From positions 1,408,001 to 1,472,000 of the forward strand of contig CAXXYH010000003.1 of NCBI GenBank assembly GCA_963677925.2: DNA of 64,000 bases, in the 5' to 3' direction. Positions 48,181 through 59,083 of the stretch are shown here, piece after piece; the first letter of the stretch is position 1, and each line of letters begins with the position of its first letter. The position numbers and the translations under genes were made by a program. Source of the DNA: Spirochaetia bacterium. Its GTDB lineage: Bacteria > Spirochaetota > Spirochaetia > UBA9216. The notes under the pieces were generated by a model that was not told the DNA's origin, did no database searches, and saw only the letters and a list, made by a program, of their open reading frames with translations.

Positions 48181-49821
48181 TTATTCATCTATCTTCATTT
48201 CTTCCGGAGTCCACTGGATTCCTATTCGTCCGAACCCTGTAAGTCTTTCACTGGAAAACAGGTTTGAACCAAATGCCATCGTACCAATCAGAAGGTCTTC
48301 ATAACCTATGTAATAAGTAAGGGCTTTGAGTGATTCAAGACTGTCGCCCTTTGCTGTAGTCAGAGAATAATTCAGCAGCTCCGGCATTGTCATGCCTGCA
48401 TATTCAGCATATTCAGATGGAAGTTTATCTCTGGTAATAACCTGAGTTCTGTCAATTCCTTTGACATACTGAGTAGGACTATCCGAGAAAACAATTCCGT
48501 AATAATCAAGCGGATTTATATAGATACCGGTCAACTGGACAATCATGCCTTCCCATGCATCACCGTTAACGCCCATCATCTGAGCGATCTCTGAATACTG
48601 AACAATCTTTAATTCAATATCTATAAAGATTTCTCTAAGCATACCCTGCACTGCAGTTGCAAAAGGAAGATTCTGCGAAGTTGTCCATAAGGCAATTTTG
48701 CACAGATTAGAATCGCTGTATCCCTTTGAAGACATTATCTTTTTAGCAGCTTCTACGTCATATCCCCGAATATCATCAAGTTCTTTAACATATGCTGAGA
48801 CAGACGGATCAATCCATTGGGTCGAAGGTGCATCAATTCCGAATGATAAAGCTGCAACAAGTGCGTTTCGATCAAGTCCGAAAGAGACAGCCTTTCTTAT
48901 TTCAGGATCGTAGAGCGGATTATCAACTTTGGCTCCATTTACGGTTACAGTCTTATCTTTACTGTTCGGGATAAGAGCTCTGGTTGCAGCCGGAAACTGT
49001 ATTGCTTCATTAACATATCCCATATCCTGCAGTTCTTTTGAAACAGAGCTGTCTGTCGGTGCATAGAGATCAACATCTCCAGACAAAAACTGAGTCTTTG
49101 CTATAGTCTGATCTGGCTGCGGAATAATATAGATCTCGTCAATCATCGGCTTACCCGGCATTCTGTAGTTAGGATTCTTTACAAAAGTCAGACTGGAAGC
49201 AGGTACCCATTCACCAAGCATAAAAGGTCCTGTTCCAACAGGATGAGATTTAGCGTAAATCTTTCTGTCCTCTTCTGTAGCACCGCCTTTTTCATAAGCA
49301 GTCGGGGATGCTATTACCCTTGCAGCAATTTGTGCCAGAATGTTGTTTCTCCATTGATCCCATTTGCAGACAACGTTTCCATCGGAATTAACAGTAATCT
49401 CAGGTTTTCCGAATTCATTTCTTCCGGCTTCCATCCATTTTTCAAAGTTCCATTTGATGGCTTCTCCGTCACATACTGTTCCATCTGAAAACTCGACACC
49501 GTCTCTTACAACAATGGTGATTGTTTTAGAAGCCGGATCAATAATAAAGTCTTCAGCAAGGAAAGGCTTTGTATTGCCTTTTTCATCATATCGACCTAGC
49601 TGTTCATAAACCAGCTGATAGAGAATCAACTCATTAGCTGTCCCCTGATCCGGCGGAAAGAAGCTTTGCGGCTCGGTATGGATCATTTTCATAACGAGAG
49701 GACCTGATGATTTTTCAGAGACAGATGAACCTGTTTCTTCCTTTGAATTGGAACAACCTAGAACTCCGATAATCAGAAAGCTGATAACAGCAATCCTGAA
49801 AAACAATGTTCCCTTTTTCAT
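48181..49821 (-). CDS. Family-5 (Dpp/Opp) substrate-binding lipoprotein
   Basis: Start at 49821 with AGGAG upstream; lipobox VLGC; VRDGVEFSDGT, PVGTGPF, NPNY. Confidence 0.92.
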   Translation of the reverse strand: MKKGTLFFRIAVISFLIIGVLGCSNSKEETGSSVSEKSSGPLVMKMIHTEPQSFFPPDQGTANELILYQLVYEQLGRYDEKGNTKPFLAEDFIIDPASKTITIVVRDGVEFSDGTVCDGEAIKWNFEKWMEAGRNEFGKPEITVNSDGNVVCKWDQWRNNILAQIAARVIASPTAYEKGGATEEDRKIYAKSHPVGTGPFMLGEWVPASSLTFVKNPNYRMPGKPMIDEIYIIPQPDQTIAKTQFLSGDVDLYAPTDSSVSKELQDMGYVNEAIQFPAATRALIPNSKDKTVTVNGAKVDNPLYDPEIRKAVSFGLDRNALVAALSFGIDAPSTQWIDPSVSAYVKELDDIRGYDVEAAKKIMSSKGYSDSNLCKIALWTTSQNLPFATAVQGMLREIFIDIELKIVQYSEIAQMMGVNGDAWEGMIVQLTGIYINPLDYYGIVFSDSPTQYVKGIDRTQVITRDKLPSEYAEYAGMTMPELLNYSLTTAKGDSLESLKALTYYIGYEDLLIGTMAFGSNLFSSERLTGFGRIGIQWTPEEMKIDE

Positions 49822-49832
49822 ATACACACTCC

Positions 49833-51836
49833 TTAGATAATATTTACGCAACTAACATAATGCTGCGTATTAATTTCTTTTAATGGCGGCTGAATAGAAC
49901 AGGCTTCAGTTGCATTAGGACACCTGTCAAAAAACACGCACCCTTCAGTCTTTTTCAGTAAGCTGCTCACCTCACCTTTTACAGAATCAATATTTCGATT
50001 TTTCTCAATCTCCGGATCCGGTACAGGAATAGCAGAAAGCAGAGATTTAGTATAAGGATGTACAGGATTTTTATATAACTCATCGCAGTCAGCAGCTTCA
50101 ACAACTCTGCCCATATACATGACTATTATTCTGTCACTGATATGTTTTACAACAGACAGATCATGTGCTATGAACATATATGTAAGGCCCAGGTCAGCCT
50201 GAAGTTTTTCAAGCAAATTTATAATCTGTGCCTGTATCGATACGTCGAGGGCCGAGATGGGTTCATCACAAATAATAAAATCAGGGTTACTTGCGAGTGC
50301 TCGTGCTATTCCTATACGCTGCCTCTGCCCTCCTGAAAACTCATGAGGAACTCTCTCTGAGAGTTCCGGAGATAAACCGACTAGCGTGAGGATCTCGGAA
50401 ACCCGTTTACTGTATTCTTCCTTGTTATTATAAATTCTGTGAACCAGCAGCGGCTCACCTACTATGCTTCCTACAGTTTGTCGCGGGTCCAGGGAACTGA
50501 AAGGGTCCTGAAATATCATCGACATTTTGCTTCGGTATTTGCGCATCTTTGATTCAGACAAACCTGTAATATCTTCGCCGTTAAAAATTATCCGGCCTGA
50601 TGTTGGTTCATACAGTTTTAAAATAGTTTTAGCAAGTGTTGTTTTTCCGCATCCTGATTCTCCGACAACGCCAACAGTCTCGCCTTTCCGTATTTTAAAC
50701 GAAACTTTTTCAACGGCTTTGAGCTCAACCTTCGATTTTGTAATAAAAGATTTTGATAATTCTTCAAGACTTATTATTACCTTTTCTTCGATCACCTTTT
50801 GGGAAACCATCCTGGAATCTGCTGAAAGCTCTTCATCTTCCCTGCCGGCATAATAGCAGGCACATTTATGTGTAAGGCTGCCGTTAAACTCAGATAATTC
50901 AGGAACACCGTCATTTTTACACTTTTCTCCCGCATAAAGACATCTCGGAAGAAACATGCACTCCTCACCCCGCAATGCAAGATTCGGCGGCATACCATCG
51001 ATTGGTATAAGCACCCGCTCTTTTGAGTCATCAAGCCTGGGGATAGCTTTCAACAGTCCTTTAGTATAAGGATGAACCGGAGATTTAAAAATCTCCAGAC
51101 AGTCTCCTTCTTCTACAACATTGCCGGCATACATCACATAAATTCTATCTGCATATCTGGCCACAATGCCCAGATTATGAGTAATGATGAACAATGCCAG
51201 ATTTCTTTTTCTGACTATATTTTTCAGAAGTTCCAGAATCTGTGACTGCATAGTTACATCCAGAGCAGTAGTCGCCTCATCTGCAATTATAATTTCCGGC
51301 TCAGCAGCAAGAACCATCGCAATCATTACTCTTTGCCTCATTCCGCCGCTGAACTGGTGCGGATAATAGTCAAACCTGTCTTCAGCGTCCGGAATTCCTA
51401 CCTCTGTAAGAAGTTCAATCGCCCTTCTTTTTGATTTTTCGGAATCATACTTCAAATGCAGTTTGATTGACTCAGTGATTTGCCTTCCGATAGTGTAGAG
51501 CGGATTCAGCGAGGTCATCGGTTCCTGAAAAATCATACCGATTTTACCTCCGCGAATATTTCTCATCTTCTCACTTCCGGCAGGATAATCAGAGATATCG
51601 ATTCCGTTTATCTTTACTGTTCCTCCCACAACCTTTCCGGGAGCACTTATCAGCTTCAGAAGGCTTAATTGGGTTACAGACTTACCGCTTCCTGATTCTC
51701 CTACTATTCCGACAGTCTCTCCCGAATCAATATAAAAGGAGACATTATTGGAAGCCACAACAGTTTTTCCATCCACAAAGAATTCAGTTTTAATATCATC
51801 AACATTAAGAATATGCTCCAAAATTAGTACCCCCAA
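49833..51836 (-). CDS. Fused DppD/DppF ABC ATPase
   Basis: GESGSGKS...[12 protein letters not shown] and GESGCGKT...[11 protein letters not shown], each with an HPYT/Cys-rich tail. Confidence 0.96.
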   Translation of the reverse strand: MGVLILEHILNVDDIKTEFFVDGKTVVASNNVSFYIDSGETVGIVGESGSGKSVTQLSLLKLISAPGKVVGGTVKINGIDISDYPAGSEKMRNIRGGKIGMIFQEPMTSLNPLYTIGRQITESIKLHLKYDSEKSKRRAIELLTEVGIPDAEDRFDYYPHQFSGGMRQRVMIAMVLAAEPEIIIADEATTALDVTMQSQILELLKNIVRKRNLALFIITHNLGIVARYADRIYVMYAGNVVEEGDCLEIFKSPVHPYTKGLLKAIPRLDDSKERVLIPIDGMPPNLALRGEECMFLPRCLYAGEKCKNDGVPELSEFNGSLTHKCACYYAGREDEELSADSRMVSQKVIEEKVIISLEELSKSFITKSKVELKAVEKVSFKIRKGETVGVVGESGCGKTTLAKTILKLYEPTSGRIIFNGEDITGLSESKMRKYRSKMSMIFQDPFSSLDPRQTVGSIVGEPLLVHRIYNNKEEYSKRVSEILTLVGLSPELSERVPHEFSGGQRQRIGIARALASNPDFIICDEPISALDVSIQAQIINLLEKLQADLGLTYMFIAHDLSVVKHISDRIIVMYMGRVVEAADCDELYKNPVHPYTKSLLSAIPVPDPEIEKNRNIDSVKGEVSSLLKKTEGCVFFDRCPNATEACSIQPPLKEINTQHYVSCVNII

Positions 51837-51862
51837 AAAAGCTGTGTAAATTACAATTTATT

Positions 51863-53254
51863 TTAATTACTGCACATTCTGTTTTGCGTCTTAAAAACAG
51901 ATAAAAGCAGAAATCCGATCGCTATAATACTAATACCAATAAATGCCGCATTAATTCCTCTTGCATCTGCAGTGCCGCCGGAGCCTGTTGCTGTCCTTGA
52001 AAATGTCTGCATTACTGCAACAAACAAAGCAGATCCGAATGCACCGGCAATACTGCGCAAGGTTAAAATCAAAGCTGAACCATGCGATATGTATACCGAA
52101 CTTAACGTACTCAAGCCCCAGGTCACCAAGGGCATCATTGTCAATGTAAGCCCCAGGACCCGCATAGCATATAATGTTGAGATATAGATAACAGGAGTTG
52201 AGGAATCGACAAAGGACAATCCTATACAGCCGAAAAGGATTGAAGCGCTGCTTACAATCGACAGCATTCTTATTCCAAAGCGATCATAAAATTTGCCTGC
52301 AACCGGACTGACTACAGCCATCAGCATAGACCCAGGCAGCATTACTAATCCCGAGCCGGTTGCCGTTAATCCTTTAACCCGCTGCAGGTAGATCGGCATG
52401 AGAGTTGATGTACTGATTAAGACCATAAATACAATGCAGCTCATAATTACAGAAATCCTGAACTCATAATTGATAAACGTCCGCATTTCAAGAAGAGGAT
52501 CTTTGATTTTCAATTGCCTGCTCACAAAGAAGAACAATATTATCAATCCTAGAATCATCGGCAACAATGCTGTAATAAGACTGGAAGTAGTCAAACTGAT
52601 ATTTCCTATTCCAATCAAAAATAAAGAGAACCCGATACTGCTCAGCAGGAAAGAAACAAAGTCAAATGAGGTTTCTTCATTTTCCAATACATTCTTCATT
52701 GATATCAGAGAAGCTATAAAGAAAATAATCATCAGTACGAGAGCGATAATGAATATATACCGCCAGTTGTAGTTGTCAATTATTATGCCGGCCAGAGTCG
52801 GAGCAATAACCGGCGCCAAGCCGAGTACTAATCCGTAGATACCCATAGCCGTCCCCCTCTTCTCCAGAGGGAATATTGTAAGAATAACAACTTGAGTTAA
52901 AGTTAGAATTACCCCTGTTCCCAAGGCCTGCATAAGCCTTCCCAGCAGAAGGATTGCAAAAGTGTCGGTCAATGAAGCCAACGCCAGACCCATAATATAG
53001 AAGATTATTGCTATTAAATGCAGATTTCTGGTTTTATATCTCTTTATCAAAAAGGCTGTGATAGGAGTCAAGATTCCCATAATCAGTGAATATATGCTTA
53101 TCAGCAATTGGCCGGTTGTCATCGGAATATTGAAATCATTAGTAATTCCCGGCAGAGCAACCACAAGTGCAGTATGAAGAAAAGTCCCTACAAATGAGCA
53201 TGATATAAAAATTATGAAAATCAAGTTCTTCGATTTCATTAAAGTCCTTTCCAT
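51863..53254 (-). CDS. MFS transporter, DHA2/LmrB-like
   Basis: VALPGI, GRLMQALG, EKRGTAMG, APVIAPTLAG, WRYIF, PLLEMR. Confidence 0.9.
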   Translation of the reverse strand: MERTLMKSKNLIFIIFISCSFVGTFLHTALVVALPGITNDFNIPMTTGQLLISIYSLIMGILTPITAFLIKRYKTRNLHLIAIIFYIMGLALASLTDTFAILLLGRLMQALGTGVILTLTQVVILTIFPLEKRGTAMGIYGLVLGLAPVIAPTLAGIIIDNYNWRYIFIIALVLMIIFFIASLISMKNVLENEETSFDFVSFLLSSIGFSLFLIGIGNISLTTSSLITALLPMILGLIILFFFVSRQLKIKDPLLEMRTFINYEFRISVIMSCIVFMVLISTSTLMPIYLQRVKGLTATGSGLVMLPGSMLMAVVSPVAGKFYDRFGIRMLSIVSSASILFGCIGLSFVDSSTPVIYISTLYAMRVLGLTLTMMPLVTWGLSTLSSVYISHGSALILTLRSIAGAFGSALFVAVMQTFSRTATGSGGTADARGINAAFIGISIIAIGFLLLSVFKTQNRMCSN

Positions 53255-53258
53255 AAAA

Positions 53259-54926
53259 TTAAAAAATCGTTTTTAAATTTAGCTCTACTTTTTTTTCACC
53301 GTGCTTTCGGCTGAACTGTTTAAGAAAAGTCCATGCAGCACGGCTTTGATCATAAACAGCTCCGTGCGGCATATTCTTTAAAAGGGTGTATCCTACCCGT
53401 ATCTCTCCATACTGGTTACAAAACCAGTATGTCTTCATTCGATCGCCGTCTGTATACCCGTTCTCTTCTGTATAAGTATTTGATTCGTCATGTATTAAAT
53501 CAGGCTTGAAAGGCAGGGGTTCCGATGAATCGTTTTCAACTATATTGCAGTGATTTACTTTCAGCATACTCTCAATCAGACTGTCTACATCCTTTCCAAG
53601 CGGAACCTTCGCATCGTTATCGCCTGTAAATATCATGCATGGAATTTCATAATCGCTTTCCAGCAATTCCCTGAAATCATTAACAAACGGGCCGCTCCAG
53701 GGAGATACTGCAGCAAATAATTCAGGCTGATAATTCGCCATTTCCCTTGTCAGCATTGCACCGTTTGAGAACCCTGTCATGTATACCCGGCTTTTATCTA
53801 TTTCGTATTTATCAAATAGTTCATCTATGATTAAGCTGAACACGGTATTGTCTCTGTCATAAAGCCAGATATTCTGTGGAGAATCCGGCAGGACCAGGAT
53901 AAATTCTTTTGTCTCATCTGCAAGTTTATCCCAGCCGTTTTTTGTCGAAAAAATCCAGGAAGGTTCTCCTCTTCCATGAACACTGAAAACAACAGGCATA
54001 TTTTTTGCTGTAGAACCAGAAACACCATCAGGCAGATAGGTAAAATAATCATATACTCTGTCTTCAACCGAAACACTGTCTTTTATAAATCTTGAGGAAT
54101 TGTAAAAATCGTATTTACTTAGACAGGGCTTAGGCGTACCATCCGGTGAATTTTTCCATCTAATAAACTTATTGAAAAATTTTTCCATAAGGACTTTCGG
54201 CAGATCTCCGTAAGATTCAGCTTCTGTAATTGAAAGTCGTAACTGGGCAGCCTTATCAGACTCGTTACTTAGTAATCTTGTTGATATTCCTCCGAGATTA
54301 ATTTCTTTACCGTCATCGGTCAGCCTGTTAACCTTGCAGAAGTATTTTTTTACAGTATCTAAATCATCCTTCCCTGAGTTAATTATCCATATGCAGACAG
54401 GAATATCTGAATTTTTCAGGTTGTAATCACTGCTTACATCGGGTACCAGCCAGTGATCAGAGTAAGCCTCCGCAGAACTGTAATTATCTGGAACCCCGTC
54501 GATCAGTACTATTCCTGCAAAACGATTCGGGTATGCTACTGCGGTATTACCTGCAAAAACGGCTCCATCATCATAACCGACAAGATAAATAATTGTCTCC
54601 CAGCACCATACAAATCCGTCACGGCCTGGAATACTGTCGCCCTGTTTTGATTTGAATTTCTGCCTGGCGGCGGCATAAATATCAGGGATAAGGGATACGG
54701 GTTCATTGGCCCAACCGTTCTTCACCAGAGGCATTACCAGAACTGCGCCGTCTTCTTCTACCTGCCTCAGCCAGCCAGAAGTCTCTGCAAACTGCTGTGC
54801 CGATTTATACTCTGAAGCAAACTGAGCAGGAGCACATACAAAAATAGTTTTAGCCGGTGTATATGTATTTGCTTTTTCAGACACATAATAAAAAATATCC
54901 AAAGTATCTAAATTACTATTATCCAC
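53259..54926 (-). CDS. PHB-depolymerase/LpqC-like esterase with a degenerate N-terminal hydrolase domain
   Basis: C-domain VHGRG, GWDKLAD, YMTGFSNG, GDND, MPHG; N-domain IYLVGYDDGA. Confidence 0.78.
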   Translation of the reverse strand: MDNSNLDTLDIFYYVSEKANTYTPAKTIFVCAPAQFASEYKSAQQFAETSGWLRQVEEDGAVLVMPLVKNGWANEPVSLIPDIYAAARQKFKSKQGDSIPGRDGFVWCWETIIYLVGYDDGAVFAGNTAVAYPNRFAGIVLIDGVPDNYSSAEAYSDHWLVPDVSSDYNLKNSDIPVCIWIINSGKDDLDTVKKYFCKVNRLTDDGKEINLGGISTRLLSNESDKAAQLRLSITEAESYGDLPKVLMEKFFNKFIRWKNSPDGTPKPCLSKYDFYNSSRFIKDSVSVEDRVYDYFTYLPDGVSGSTAKNMPVVFSVHGRGEPSWIFSTKNGWDKLADETKEFILVLPDSPQNIWLYDRDNTVFSLIIDELFDKYEIDKSRVYMTGFSNGAMLTREMANYQPELFAAVSPWSGPFVNDFRELLESDYEIPCMIFTGDNDAKVPLGKDVDSLIESMLKVNHCNIVENDSSEPLPFKPDLIHDESNTYTEENGYTDGDRMKTYWFCNQYGEIRVGYTLLKNMPHGAVYDQSRAAWTFLKQFSRKHGEKKVELNLKTIF

Positions 54927-54956
54927 AATATCTCTCCTGTTCCTGAATAGGCCTGC

Positions 54957-56117
54957 TTACGAAGTCTTTGCTGAGGTAGGATTATAAAGTCCTACTGCCT
55001 CTCTCTTCTTTCCGGATACTGCGGCCTCATCAAACCTCATATACTTAACTCCCAGCCTGTTGCAGTATGCAAATGCAAGATGAATCATACCGTCCCGGCC
55101 CTGCATCATATACGGATATTCATATTGACTGTTGTTTGTTGAGTTCTCCGGACCTGAAAAGCCTTCTCCCGGTTCCATATTCCGAATCAGCGGCCAGGTC
55201 GTTCCACCATCTTCCGACAAGGCAACCGCTACCGGACATCTAAGTCCGGGCCAGGAAGATACCCCGAATTCAGCTTCCGGAGCTCTGGTCGGATTATACG
55301 CAACTGCTATTCTGCCGCTTTCCAGTTTCAGCGCACTGATGCTTGAATTATTATTTGGAAGAATTGTCGGTTGAGGAATAGACCATGTGTCGCCGTAATC
55401 ATTGGATTCGCTTCTGTATATAAAATCTGCAAACCTGCTTCTCATTAGAGAGATCAGATGCCCGGTATCCAGTTCGATAATATTTGCGTGTACACGGCCA
55501 TTGCTCTCCGACATCTGTACCGTGCGCCATGAAACACCCTGATCATCAGAGAGCCTGAAAATCGTAGGGTCACCGGACAGATCATTCACATCAGGACTGC
55601 ATGACCAGTTACTGAAAATCCATCTTCCGTTTGAAAGGACCTGAATGGGCTGTCTGCAGAAACTACCTTCTTCTCCGAACAGGATCTCAGATTCCGTCCA
55701 GGTAATTCCTCCGTCGAAGCTTTTTTGATAACGGATAACAGAAGTAAACTGCATATTGTCATGCCCTTCAGCACGTGCAAGCTGTGAAGTATATACAAGC
55801 CATATTTCTCCTTCGTTTTTTAGAAAAAACGAAGGATTTTGTTCGCTTCTGGACGGATCGTTAGAAACTTTTACCGGACTCTCCCATTTATCCGAACCGG
55901 CGGGCAGTCTTGAACACACTATGCTGATATCCGGGCTGCCCTCAAATGAACCGGCAAACCAGGCACAGAGAAGATCTCCGTTCGGTAATTCCAGCATGGC
56001 CGGCGCATGTGCTGTTTCATACCCGCCCGGAGGAATCAGGGCTTCAAGGGTGCCCATCTTATCATTTATAAATATTCGTCCATCCACGGACATGCCGTTC
56101 ATTTTTATAAAATTCAA
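54957..56117 (-). CDS. BNR/Asp-box beta-propeller (sialidase-like) protein
   Basis: Asp-boxes SFDGGITW, SDDQGVSW, SNDYGDTW, SEDGGTTW; AHAP..ELPNGDLLCAWF; LPNNNS; YEYP. Confidence 0.88.
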   Translation of the reverse strand: MNFIKMNGMSVDGRIFINDKMGTLEALIPPGGYETAHAPAMLELPNGDLLCAWFAGSFEGSPDISIVCSRLPAGSDKWESPVKVSNDPSRSEQNPSFFLKNEGEIWLVYTSQLARAEGHDNMQFTSVIRYQKSFDGGITWTESEILFGEEGSFCRQPIQVLSNGRWIFSNWSCSPDVNDLSGDPTIFRLSDDQGVSWRTVQMSESNGRVHANIIELDTGHLISLMRSRFADFIYRSESNDYGDTWSIPQPTILPNNNSSISALKLESGRIAVAYNPTRAPEAEFGVSSWPGLRCPVAVALSEDGGTTWPLIRNMEPGEGFSGPENSTNNSQYEYPYMMQGRDGMIHLAFAYCNRLGVKYMRFDEAAVSGKKREAVGLYNPTSAKTS

Positions 56118-56169
56118 ATCTCCACTTCCTTATAAATCTTGCTATAGTAAAAAACTCTATTGGATTTAT

Positions 56170-57150
56170 TCAAAGTCTGTTCATCAAAAACTTAAAGGCC
56201 GTTTCGTCAGCCTCCACACCCAATGTCGGACCATGACCGCCTAAAGAACAAGACACATACATCGCATCCGCTTCGGCATCCGCCAGAAGCTTATACAGTT
56301 TCTCACTCTGCCCTATCGGGACAACCGGATCCTGACCTCCATGAAGAATAATCATCGGAGGACAATCAGAGCTTACATAATTTACCGGACTGCATTTTTC
56401 TGCCAGTTCAATATATTTCCAGTCCGGATCCTGCATATTGTTTGTTGAAAATAATTCTTCCAGTCTGGATAAAAATGCAGTTTTGTCCGGCCACCCTAAT
56501 ATGCATGACCAGAGATCAATAAAGCCAAGGCCTTTCTGACCGACCTCGGTTGAAGATAGGTCCTTTTCCCGGCTGGCTTCAGCTAATCCTTTCTTTAATA
56601 TTTCAGGAATGTCAGCAGGTGCATAATAAATCGCTGCAGCTTTCACATCGCTGCCGTACTCCAGATTTCCGCCGACATCGCCTTCAATGCTATTATCTCC
56701 GGAACTCATGGCAACCATCGCAGCCAGATGTCCGCCGGCGGAATTGCCGAAAACGCCTATTCGCTCAGGATCAATGTGATATTTTTCCGCATTAGCTTTT
56801 AAAAAACGGATAACGGCTTTGCTGTCATGGATGCAGGCGGGGAAAGGAGCCTGGGAGGCAAGCCTGTATGCAGGTGATACGATTGTGTACCCCTTCTCTA
56901 CAAGACGTATTAATTCACGGATATATACGGCCCGCTGAGTAATCTGCTTGTATTCACCCCACATCCAGCCGCCGCCGAAATAATATACGATACATGGTCC
57001 GGGGTCTTTCTGGTTAAGGTCCTGATAGATATCCATCTTCAGAATGTCAGAACTTCCATCGGAAAGAGGCACTTCAGCAAACTCAACATCCTCAAAACGG
57101 GGAGGTCTGCCCGGAGGACAGAGAGGTTTAATTTTCGGACCTTTATTCAT
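56170..57150 (-). CDS. Alpha/beta hydrolase (carboxylesterase, BD-FAE-like)
   Basis: FGGGW, YRLA..APFPA, GNSAGGH, HGGQDPVVP, GGHG. Confidence 0.9.
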   Translation of the reverse strand: MNKGPKIKPLCPPGRPPRFEDVEFAEVPLSDGSSDILKMDIYQDLNQKDPGPCIVYYFGGGWMWGEYKQITQRAVYIRELIRLVEKGYTIVSPAYRLASQAPFPACIHDSKAVIRFLKANAEKYHIDPERIGVFGNSAGGHLAAMVAMSSGDNSIEGDVGGNLEYGSDVKAAAIYYAPADIPEILKKGLAEASREKDLSSTEVGQKGLGFIDLWSCILGWPDKTAFLSRLEELFSTNNMQDPDWKYIELAEKCSPVNYVSSDCPPMIILHGGQDPVVPIGQSEKLYKLLADAEADAMYVSCSLGGHGPTLGVEADETAFKFLMNRL

Positions 57151-57162
57151 ACATTTTCATCC

Positions 57163-58050
57163 TTACTGTTCGTAAGTTATACCAAACTCGTTCAATAACT
57201 CCAGAATCCGGTTATCCAGCTCGGCATCAGCCATAAGAGACGGGGCGCGATTATTTCCAACCGACGGATTATTGACATACACTGCCCGCTTAACCAGAGC
57301 CGGCCCGAATCCAAGAGCATATAGCTTTGTCCTGAACTCAATCAGTTTTATCTGAAGTTGTTCTGCAGACTCCATCTGGCCCAGCTCAAAGAGAGTACAA
57401 ATTCTGTTAACCCATCCTGGAACAATATTCGACAGACCGGAAACGCAGCCTGATGAACCTTTTTTCAGACCGTGAAGAATCTGTGAATCAGCACCGGCCA
57501 GGACTTCAAAGGATTCCGAAGCTATTTCACAGTATGCATCAAGATGATCAAGTTTACCGCTGCTGTCTTTAATTCCGGCGATATTCCCATGTTTTGAAAG
57601 TTTCTGTACCGTATCCGGAAGTACACCATTCTGGGTTCTTGCAGGGATATCATATATGTAGACAGGCACAGCTGACTCATCCGCAACCCTGCTGTAATGC
57701 TCATAAAGACCTTCCTGTGTGCAGTCAATAAAATACGGGTTGATAACTGCTACTGCATCAACACCCAGTCCGGTAAATCTCTCAATAAGCCTTAGAGTCT
57801 GGTAGGTAGAAGGCGCACCTGCATTGGCAATTACCCGAACCTTGCCGGAAGCTTCTTCAACAGCAGCTTTTATAATTATTTCTTTTTCGCTAGTCAAAAG
57901 ACTCGCAAAATCTCCGTTTGTTCCGCAGACGAGGAGATGATTCCCGTTTTTTATCTGCCTTCGCATTTGAGCCCTGGTGCTTTCAAGATCAACCGACTCA
58001 TCTTTACGATATGCTGTTATTACTGCAGAAAATGAATATATATTTCTCAT
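57163..58050 (-). CDS. DHDPS/NAL-family class I aldolase
   Basis: GTNGDF, YIYDIP (catalytic Tyr), GIKDSSG (Schiff-base Lys). Confidence 0.92.
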   Translation of the reverse strand: MRNIYSFSAVITAYRKDESVDLESTRAQMRRQIKNGNHLLVCGTNGDFASLLTSEKEIIIKAAVEEASGKVRVIANAGAPSTYQTLRLIERFTGLGVDAVAVINPYFIDCTQEGLYEHYSRVADESAVPVYIYDIPARTQNGVLPDTVQKLSKHGNIAGIKDSSGKLDHLDAYCEIASESFEVLAGADSQILHGLKKGSSGCVSGLSNIVPGWVNRICTLFELGQMESAEQLQIKLIEFRTKLYALGFGPALVKRAVYVNNPSVGNNRAPSLMADAELDNRILELLNEFGITYEQ

Positions 58051-58057
58051 AGTATCC

Positions 58058-59083
58058 TTAAACCAGTCTTACTCCCATTTCAATAGCCTGAATCATGCTT
58101 TCAGGGTTTGCCCGGCCTTCGCCGGCCTTTCCGAAAGCCGTGCCATGATCAACTGATGATCTGATTATGGGGAGACCAAGCGTAATATTTACTCCCGACA
58201 TGGAAAGCCAGGTGTTTGTTTTCTGATCAAAATTGAATCCCGCAAGCTTTGTCGGTATATGTCCCTGATCATGGTACATAACCACCACGATGTCATACTG
58301 CCCTCCCTTCATTTTCGAGAATACAGTATCAGGAGGCAGGGGGCCTTCAACAATTTTCCCTGACTTCACGGCTTCTTCAACAGCAGGTATTATCTCTTCA
58401 ATTTCTTCAGTTCCGAACATTCCATTCTCACCGGCATGCGGATTCAATCCTGCCACCGCAATTCTTGGATTTTCAATATCCATCTTTTTAAGAGCATCAT
58501 ATGCCAAATTAATAACTTTCAAAATCCGATCTTTTTTAGTCCTTCTTATTGCCTCCTGCAGCGAAACATGTGTGGAGACATGCACTACCCGAAAATCACC
58601 TTCTGCCAGCATCATTGCATAGTCTTTGGTATTAGTTAATCTGGCGTAAATTTCAGTATGTCCGGCTTCCTTAATTCCGGCGGCATTAATTGCTTCCTTA
58701 TTAATGGGCCCTGTAATTGTTGCATCTATCTCACCTGATAGTGCAAGCATAATAACCTTTTCGATGTAGTCATATGAGGCTTTACCGCACATTGCTGAAA
58801 CTTTTTTATACTCAAGTTCAGCTAAATCTACATTTGCCATATCAAGAACATCGATTGTTCCGTACTGATAAAGACCATCAGACGGCTTCGTTACAGCTCT
58901 GGTTTCAAGATTGAGTCCTGAAAACTTAACAGCTTCATTAAATACAGCTAAGTCGCAGACAACAAGAGGTCTGCAAATTTCATATACATGTTTTTCATTT
59001 AAAGCTTTTGCTGTTATCTCAGGCCCAATCCCTGCAGGATCCCCGACACTTATTCCGAGAATAGGTTTTGTTTTTTCAGTCAT
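58058..59083 (-). CDS. pdxA: PdxA-family dehydrogenase (PdxA2, tetronate-4-phosphate dehydrogenase)
   Basis: GDPAGIGPE, GHTE, GLNPHAGE, MYHDQGH, RSSVDHGTAF; DUF1537 neighbour indicates PdxA2. Confidence 0.93.
   Translation of the reverse strand: MTEKTKPILGISVGDPAGIGPEITAKALNEKHVYEICRPLVVCDLAVFNEAVKFSGLNLETRAVTKPSDGLYQYGTIDVLDMANVDLAELEYKKVSAMCGKASYDYIEKVIMLALSGEIDATITGPINKEAINAAGIKEAGHTEIYARLTNTKDYAMMLAEGDFRVVHVSTHVSLQEAIRRTKKDRILKVINLAYDALKKMDIENPRIAVAGLNPHAGENGMFGTEEIEEIIPAVEEAVKSGKIVEGPLPPDTVFSKMKGGQYDIVVVMYHDQGHIPTKLAGFNFDQKTNTWLSMSGVNITLGLPIIRSSVDHGTAFGKAGEGRANPESMIQAIEMGVRLV

Noticed and set aside
54957-56117. Calling the BNR protein a true GH33 sialidase within a nan operon
   Set aside because: No FRIP motif, and no nanK/nanE/nagA nearby; the downstream enzymes handle C4 acids.
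57163-59083. Lysine (dapA) and vitamin B6 (pdxA) biosynthesis
   Set aside because: Context with a DUF1537 kinase, Fe-ADH and a sigma54 activator indicates catabolic paralogues.
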